64,000 nt of DNA from Tubiluchus corallicola (Eukaryota > Animalia > Priapulida), in NCBI GenBank assembly GCA_030141605.1, contig JAQGDQ010000467.1:62001-126000 (forward strand). The letters run 5' to 3'. This document shows, piece after piece, positions 56,216 to 64,000 of this stretch (the first letter of the stretch is position 1; every line of letters starts with the position of its first letter). A model generated the notes under the pieces. It saw only the letters and a program-made list of their open reading frames with translations. It was not told where the DNA came from and made no database searches. The translations under genes were made by a program, and so were the position numbers.

Positions 56216-57134
56216 TGTTACCCAACGCCTTGGTCATTCAGTTTGACATGCATTTTATCCAAAGGTCACTACACACCAAGAATCTAAGACGAAGGACATA
56301 TTGTGTAACGCATCAAGTTAAAGCTTAGGGCGATGTGGGTTTCACACTGCCACATTTTGGCTTAAGTAGGGTCGCCTAAAGGACATCTACAGGGAATGTG
56401 TCAAACATATTGTGTAAGATATGCGAATAAACCTTATGCATAAGCAGTTTGACATGGTACATTACAACATTGAGTGCTGTTGACAAATGACTTAATTTTC
56501 TTTATTTTGTCCTTCTTAGATTTTTGGTGTATAGATTTTTGCATAAAATGTATGTCAAACTGAATGACCAAGGTCAAAAATTTTGAGCCATCTGGTGTCA
56601 CCCAAATGGAATGTCGCAAACAGCAAACAGTCGTGTAATAATCATACCAAATTGAAGCTTACAGCGAGGTGGGTTCACAAAGTTCATGAAAAGGTCAGAG
56701 GTCAGTGGAAGAGCATCGCAATAAAAATGCTAAGGTCACAGGAATGAAGGCTTCCTTTCATAAAATAACTAATTGGGTTTTTGAAAGTCTTTACTTACTT
56801 ACATAATTGTTTACTAATTCAGTCATGCACTTACTAAGCCTGAGTTACGTTTGGTCTCACAACAATAATGATAAGAAGTTCAAACGAGGGTACATTTCAC
56901 TTTTATTTGCTGACCTGTGTGTATGTCTGTAACACGGTTTTGGCTTTGCGTTATTAGAGTATGTACAGTAGAATAATTTCACTTCAGAACTTCTTGGAGT
57001 CTCGTTATATTTTTTTACATTATTATGATATATTATGACTCCATTATACATTCGCTGCTTATGTCTTAAGAATTATGCTTGTGTTATAAAGTAAATTTCA
57101 GTTGCCATTGTTATTATGTTTCTGTTGTCAGATT

Positions 57135-57499
57135 TTTATTTCAGTTCTTGTTTCAGTTCTTATTTCAGTTCAGTTTTATTTCAGTTTTTTTCAGTTTGAT
57201 ATTTTTTTATTATGCACTTATTATTACTGTGTATGAATTGTACTAACACGTTATAAGCATATCAACTTAATGTCATCCGTAACAATTTAGTTTTTATTAT
57301 AAGCAGTACTAACACTAATACACTGTAGCATAGCGCCTATAAAAATGTTCATCACTAACCAAAGGGCAGCTGACTAGATGACCAATTGGTCTTTCGCTGC
57401 CCTTTCTTCACATTGTTGTTATCAAATTAACTGTATTATAACTGTGCGTGTGTTAAAAGATAAATAAAAGATTATTATTATTATTATATTATTATTATA
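57135..57499 (+). mobile_element. Family G, copy 4
   Basis: Near-identical to the other three copies. Confidence 0.7.
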
Positions 57500-58233
57500 T
57501 CAAGCTTGAAGCAAATACAACTTACAGAAACAATTATAATGTACAGTTCCCAATGCTGCAAAATTTTGCCCCATGCGGATTCCCACCGTCATTGCAAACA
57601 CTCTGTGCACAAACTAATGCATAATTAAGTAAAGTCCACCTAAAACAACTGAAGTTGTTGAACTGATGCAGCAGACAGCTTTGCTTTACGCATATGTCTG
57701 GATTGTCGTTAAGACGCGTTGCTGTGATACACGTAACCTTTGACCTGCAGCAAATGCGCGTGCGCACAACGAAACTGTAAAAATTGGCTTATTAAACAAA
57801 ATTAGCACTGCTCTTGTCGGCTTCTTAGCCTTTTATCTCAAATGACGGACTGTAGCTCTCAAAGAAGAAGAAGATGGCATTCAATGGAGATGCAGACCGC
57901 ATGAAGTCACTATGTGCAGAAATTTATTTTAACATCTTTTGACATTCTAGCCTTGATGTTTAACCTTTTGAATAAAAAAACCAATGGGTTTGCACTTTGC
58001 AAATCTTACGCAGAACTACCACTGTATCAAGTACGAATGGGTTTCTGGTGCATAGATCGGCCTGTCTCCGTACCAAATGGTAATCTTAATTTTGGATTTT
58101 TTACCCTTTCTACTAACTTTTCGAACGGGCAACAGGTTTTTTTTCGGATTCAGCGTAGCTAAATTGATAAAACTGTCTATATTCCAACTTTTATGCTCTA
58201 GTATAATAAAAATCAAGTAGTGGCGGCAAGAAA

Positions 58234-58353
58234 AAGCCTACAGCACCTGGTATTCCCAGGCAGTCACCCCTCCAAGTACTAACCAGGCTCTACGTTGCTT
58301 AATTTCAGTGATCAGACGAAAGCAGGTATTTTCAACATCATATGGCCAGTGGT
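58234..58353 (-). pseudogene. 5S rRNA pseudogene/orphon (full length, diverged)
   Basis: Reverse complement: ...gatcactgaaattaagcaacgtagagcctggttagtacttggaggggtgactgcctgggaataccaggtgctgtaggcttttt; T-run terminator; many substitutions in the 5' part. Confidence 0.8.
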
Positions 58354-58594
58354 TGATTGATAATATTGGATTTTTTTACTCTTTTTACTAACTTTTCGAA
58401 CCGGCAACAGGTTTCTTCGGATTCAGCGTAGCTAAATTTATAAGACTGTCTATATTCCGAATTTTGAAAAAAAAACGCTTCCAGGGTTCCACTTTTCAGA
58501 AAATGGACTAGGGTTAGGCTATTTGTTGTTCTAGCTTGTGAGATTGGAAAAGTGGAACCCTGGCTACAGCGAAAAATCGAAAGTCAAAAGGCTC

Positions 58595-58860
58595 TTTAGA
58601 AGAGTTAAAAGTTAAGGCGCCGCGTGACTTTTTGAACTATATGCGTATGCCATCTGCAGTGTTTAGCTATTTATTATAAGAAGTATACAGGCGATGGAGA
58701 TAGACATAAGAGAAACGACATCACCACCTGCTCGCTTGGAAGTCAAGCTGAAATTTTTGACGACAGATGTCTCTTTACAATATTCGACTAAAATATCAAA
58801 GCTAACTTCACCTTTCATTATTCCAGAAACGTTCGAGGCAGTTTCTCAGGTGTTCGGGAA
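58595..58860 (+). pseudogene. Degenerate PIF/Harbinger transposase N-terminal fragment
   Basis: EELKVKAPRDFLNYMRMPSAVFSYLL* then IRETTSPPARLEVKLKFLTT..SLQYSTKISK...IIPETFEAVSQVF resembles the Harbinger FxNYxRM / ISPxERLxVTLRFLATG motifs; stop and frameshift present. Confidence 0.65.
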
Positions 58861-59747
58861 AAGCACCGCAAGGTATTCAATCAAGTCACGCTACAGAAAC
58901 TTGCTCCATTTAAAAATGCTGCTACGCTCTGCCTGAGAACTACTGGGAAAATTACGTAGCCCAGGTCACTGGAAGCAGTTCAATTCAATTTATTTTCTCA
59001 ATAGCAGTTAAAATTCGACATAATTATTTTTACATTTCATTGCAACTGAGAAGGAGCAGCGAAAGACCTATTGGTCACTTGGTCAGCTGCCCCTTATTAA
59101 AAATACAAGTTTACTTACAGGCTCATGACGTTTTTTAGGTGTTTGTGTATCAAAAGCAACAAAAATCAACTCAAAGCAGAAATGCAAGTCAAAGCATAAC
59201 AAGGAATAACATCAAGCAAAAAATTAATGAAATTCAATGTAGAGCAAAAAATGATATCAAACAAAAAAAAAACAAAAAAAATCAACTCAAAGCAAAAATG
59301 CAATTCCAGTCAGAATAAAAGGAAGTTTTCACAAGCAATGCAAAACGGAATTTAACTTATAGCAAAAAATTATATCAAACAAAATGAAACTCAAAGCGAA
59401 CAGTTTTTTAAAGCAAACACAATTGAACTGAAGGTAAAAGAATTTATCAAAAGCAAAGCTAAACAGAATTCAACTTAGGGCAAAAATTATATCACACAAA
59501 AGCAACAAAATCACAGGCTGCAGAATGTTCTCCATTGTAGCTTCTGCAGGTTTTTCATGCGGAATTCCTTTAAACGTCGAAGACAATTAAAAAAGACGAA
59601 CTTCCAGTTAAATTTTTAGCTACACAAATGCCTCAACACCTACACAACCCCAAGCCATAGTAATGTTGCAAATGTACAAAAGTTATTAAACGTGACCATT
59701 CGTAAGTAACACCTTCCGATCAAGGAATTACGTGACAATTTAATTAA

Positions 59748-60198
59748 CCCTTTCATACCCGTTGTATCCCGTGGGATACGAGAATATTTTCTGCCTTTAA
59801 AACTAATAAAATTTTAAGACTGACAGTTATTTGATCTGTTAGTAGTTATTTTGATTTAAGTCAATAACAATAGACTAAAAATGGCGATAAAATGGCAAAC
59901 TAGAAAACTATGTAGCATAAAAAACTGCGCAAGGTACAGTACTTTAGAGACGACTTTGTACAGATCAGCATAGCATACATACTAAATGTCTTAAATACTT
60001 TAAAAAATATCAGCAGTTGCAAAATGAAGCACATTTTATGCTTCCATTGAATCCCAATGTATCTCGTGGGATACAGGCTATATTTAGCACGCGGGCACAG
60101 GTAGAAAAAATAATTATTATGTGTAAAAAAAAGTACTGAAAAAAAGTACCAAACCAAAAAATTTTTTCTTATTAAAAAATAATTTGGGACTGAAAGGG
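59748..60198. mobile_element. piggyBac-like MITE, copy 2
   Basis: TTAA|CCCTTTCA ... TGAAAGGG|TTAA; closely similar to 53145-53601. Confidence 0.85.
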
Positions 60199-60490
60199 TT
60201 AACGGCGACATAAAAGTTGAAACTTTGATGTATGCATACCAGAAAGACGTTCACCCGACAATTTTCTATAACCAGTTTGGATTATGCGAATACTTCAGCT
60301 GTGTTTAGTAAAGATGAACATACGAGTGACAGAGGCTACTCAATGTCTGTACACGATGAACATGACATTTTATGTGTTCATGAACATATGATTTTAGTGC
60401 AAGTTTTTAAGCTATTTAAATATTTTGCATACAGATTAGTACCATCAATCCCCAGTGGATTAGAAAAGAAAATAGAGGCCACCAACAGGC

Positions 60491-60861
60491 TCAGCATACA
60501 TCAGCGTACATCACCTTGCATCAGCATGAATGGAGCATACATCAGCATACATCAGCTTGCATCAGCTTGCATCAAGCATACATGAAGCATACATCAGTTT
60601 GCATCAGCATACATCAGCATGCATGAGTATACATCAGCATGCATCAAACATACATCAGCTTGCATAAGCACAGGTCAGCATACATCAGCTTGCATCAGCG
60701 CACATCAGCATACATCAAGCATACATCAGCTTGCACCAGCTTACATCAGCATGTGTCAGCATACATGAGCTTGCATCAGGGCACATCAGCATGTATTAGC
60801 ATACAACAGCTTGCATCAGCACACATCAGCTTGCATCAGCATACATCAGCATACATCAGCT
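60491..60861. repeat. Degenerate 10-bp repeat (ATCAGCATAC/ATCAGCTTGC)n
   Basis: Directly visible. Confidence 0.9.
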
Positions 60862-61336
60862 AGACAAGACAATAAATTGTTACGATATTTCCAAAGGCGC
60901 ACAACCTGCGTTTATTCTTTTTTCAAATCTACATTCCAAATGTTTCACCAGCAGCAGTAGATGTCCTTTCAAAAAATCTAAAAATTAAAAAGCAAAAATA
61001 AAAATTCAATTTGAGGTTGTTTCTCAGACTTGAATTGTTTTACAGATGGGATTAGGCTTAGTTTAACTTACCCGTATTACATTGACATTTCCTGCTGATA
61101 GTGAGGACTTAAGTCATTTTACAGTAAATAGATTTTTCATTTTTTTATTCAAATAGCAATAAAAAGCGAAGATGTTGAAGTGTTCTTGATCTAAAAAATG
61201 TATTTCATATTAATACGAAAATAACTTAAACTAAAAGAACATGTTTTGTTAAAAGTAGGCTTTCATAGCCCAAATCGTTGTTAAATCATTATAGTCTAGA
61301 CTACATTGCCACCCACGATAGCCTACAGACCTTTCA

Positions 61337-61487
61337 CATATAGACACAGACATAGACATAGACATAGACATAGACATAGACATAGACATAGACATAGACA
61401 TAGACATAGACATAGACATAGACATAGACATAGACATAGACATAGACATAGACATAGACATAGACATAGACATAGACATAGACATAG
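61337..61487. repeat. (CATAGA)n hexamer tract, probably the tail of an L2-like 3' end at ~61490-61605 (minus strand)
   Basis: Adjacent stem-loop gggcagggaaggaccatagggtcatctagtcgcctgccc resembles family G. Confidence 0.8.
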
Positions 61488-62071
61488 CACATTTATTTTC
61501 TCGAATTAGTTTGACGTCAAAAGTTTTTTAAATATTAAGTAATTATAATCATGAAGCAGGGCAGGGAAGGACCATAGGGTCATCTAGTCGCCTGCCCTTT
61601 TTTATAAATAGATTAGTCATATTAAAAATTCACATGATATAATTTTATCCATTGGCCGGTATAATAAACAAACCTTCAAATAAAAATCCATGAGAAGAAG
61701 TAAGAAATGTACCAAACACACCGACTTGGATTCGGAGATAGCCTTAGGCTTAAATAGTGGGAAAATGTAAAAAGGTTATTAAACGCAACCGAGAGTTCAA
61801 GACGTCTTCAAAACACGTTTCCTGTCAAATGAATGAATATGTGATTGATAATAGCGTTATCAAAGAAAAATTTAACCCTTTGAGGTGTTCTATCGCGAAA
61901 TGATACGTTTAATGGCCTGGAAGAAACGTTAACCCGAATGTACAAATTATATGGAACAACCAGTTTGGGTTTGCATTGTCACACCATTACGTTAGGCAGA
62001 CGAAAGGGAGCATACCAGGGACAGAGGTGGCAGTGTCTTCACGAACTTGTGGCCCACGTCCGCGAGCAAAA

Positions 62072-62744
62072 ATGTTTTTTAAAAATGTGTGGATTGTGCT
62101 GATTTTGACGGCAATCTCAAGATCACAGAAATCTCCCTGTACACACTTGTCCAGAGACTGTGATTACCAGTATTCAACTGTGTGTTACCTTCGCTGCTTC
62201 CTTCTGACACCCGAGTTTGACATATACAGCGTGTGTGGTGCTCTTCTACCAGACTGCAGCTATGAGACATTCGGACAGTGCATCGTCATCTGTGGGAGGC
62301 TGCAAGATGCTCAGGTATTCGCCATAGACTTGGCTATTCTGACAAACGCATTACCACTTTATACACATCAGCTAAATATCTACAACTACCAAGACGCACA
62401 GTTGCCGCGTGGTTTCCTGCAGGGAAGAAATGTTGGCAGACTAACCGTAGCTTTTTCCAACCTCGAACAGCTAGGGGCAGGTGTCATATCTGGTAACGTA
62501 TCAGACGTGTCTTTAAGGTCTAACGGCCGATTAACCACGGTTCATCCACTGGCTTTTTCTAGAATAGCTGGCTTGTCAAGCATCACATTTAGCGACTGTA
62601 CAGCCCTGACCTCTGCTGACCTTGATTTGAGCAACAGTGACCGGATAGAGAGAATCGATTTTCATAAAACAGGGATAGAGACTATGAGGATGCCAATTTT
62701 GTCTCCGGAAAGACCAGCAAATAGAATAATTCTGGAAATAACAG
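62072..62744 (+). CDS. Secreted/cell-surface leucine-rich-repeat protein, exon 1 (signal peptide, two Cys caps, ~5-6 degenerate LRRs)
   Basis: MFFKNVWIVLILTAISRS signal-like peptide; LRR-like segments (LPRGFL, VGRLTVAFSNLEQL, VSLRSNGRLTTVHPLAF); donor G|gtaaat. Confidence 0.8.
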
Positions 62745-62835
62745 GTAAATAAAGTGCGAGCTTAGCGGCAGTGAGCAGATGGAGAGGGAAATCCGAGGCA
62801 ATAAATTAATTATCATTATACATGGGTCTGATGAT

Positions 62836-63161
62836 TAGGGGTGAGCATCGAACGCTCGAATTCGATTCGAACGAGTTTTTTTAGTTCGAACTCGATTCGA
62901 ATCCAAAACTATAGATTCGAATAATTCAGCACTTTAATCACATATGTTCCTGATCACTAAAACAATTGAAACAACATGCAATTAGCATAATTTAGCTGTG
63001 ATTTCTGTGCACAATTTTAAACAAATTACTAGTCGTTTCATTGCAGAACAAAATCTAGTGATACACATGATCTTTGTAAGACTAATTTTTACTGGTGGTT
63101 CGAAAACACTGAAGTTCGGTTCGATTCGAATTCGCTTTCTGGTAGAGAATGCTCACCCCTA
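62836..63161. mobile_element. hAT MITE family E, copy 4 (in LRR gene intron)
   Basis: TIR; TSD ctgatgat/ctgatgac. Confidence 0.88.
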
Positions 63162-63550
63162 CTGATGACATATCTGATAATGATGAGATAGGACATTAAT
63201 AGTTATTTAAAATGTCGTTAAAATACCGAAGCTCTAAAGACAATTTTTAAACACCTATTGCAGTTCAAATTGTTTCTAATTTATAGGTTGGCACCTGGTT
63301 TGTGAGATCATAATGTGAGGTAATTTTTTTGCACTTATAGATCAACCTGTTTTGTAACTGTACAAGATAATGAGATGGACTGCGCGTTATGGACAAGCCT
63401 GTATAGCTTTTAGCTGCACAGTTATGCGAGTTAGTTGATCACAGACAATTTACCTGGTTTCACACTATACAACAGTTTCAAATTGTTATTTGTGCCTTAT
63501 AATGTCTTTTCTTTTGGTTTTTCGTTATTGTTATTATTTTTGCATTGTAG

Positions 63551-64000
63551 GTAGTCCACTAGTTTGTAATTGTACACTTGCGTGGACAAAAGCTGTTAGC
63601 TGGAGGAGCTCTACAATTGACTGCCAGACACCACCGAGAAAGTCTTTTATCAATGAAATTACACTTGAAGAATTTGGCTGCGAAGAAATGATGGCAGACA
63701 TGGCAGACACAGAGTCAACAGTGCCTGCAATGACGATGCGAACAAGCACAAATACAATGATGACCTCATCTGCAACACCCAGAACGACTTCAATGACTAC
63801 TGAAGCGTCAACCACAGACCCCATATCAATGACGCCAACATCAGCTGAATTGGCAGACATACCAAAAATGCCCACAAGTAAAACCGAAGCTGTACCAACT
63901 AGAACAGATATGACAGTTGAGCCAACAAGTGGGACTTCGATGGTGGTGTCCACGTCAATATCAACAAGCCAGTCAATGAGCGACTCTACAACGACTGAAG
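63551..64000 (+). CDS. Same LRR gene, exon 2: LRRCT plus Ser/Thr/Met-rich mucin-like stalk, open to the window end
   Basis: ttgtag|GSPLVCNCTLAW...DCQTPP...FGC (LRRCT pattern), then TSTNTMMTSSATPRTTSMTTEASTT...; phase 1 matches exon 1. Confidence 0.82.

Noticed and set aside
61976-62071. ORF-track start for the LRR gene
   Set aside because: Non-ATG start; the ATG at 62072 precedes a signal peptide and is more plausible
63534-63953. 139-aa Val-rich minus-strand ORF
   Set aside because: Antisense shadow of the Thr/Ser-rich stalk exon on the plus strand

Overview
AT-rich, intron-rich animal genomic DNA (most likely a bilaterian invertebrate; I cannot name the taxon). Three protein-coding genes are supported. 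(1) MON2 on the minus strand: I reconstructed 27 coding exons by hand (43178 down to 722; 4312 nt, about 1437 codons; all GT-AG and phase-consistent), and the 3' end runs off the left edge. (2) A KCTD3/SHKBP1-family BTB + WD40-like gene on the plus strand, divergent from MON2, with an unusually intron-poor CDS (49312-51181 + 51688-51923, about 701 aa). (3) A secreted or surface LRR protein with a duplicated Cys cap, an LRRCT and a Ser/Thr mucin-like stalk (62072 to the right edge). Introns and intergenic DNA are packed with non-autonomous transposons: hAT MITEs with 8-bp TSDs, a family with 6-bp TSDs, Tc1/mariner and piggyBac MITEs, tRNA- and 5S-headed SINEs, RTE and L2-like 3' ends, and a Harbinger fossil. 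There are also locus-specific minisatellites and a 5S rRNA pseudogene. No prokaryotic systems or CRISPR arrays are present. The most interesting leads are a 5S-headed bipartite-RTE SINE, tandem amplification of a MON2 exon/donor junction, a double-tailed ~350-bp repeat, an inverted MITE pair tightly bracketing two exons (circRNA candidate), a candidate 24-nt microexon, clustered HxRxxS motifs, and the LRR-mucin receptor. All calls were made by eye with no database search; repeat family names rely on recall.
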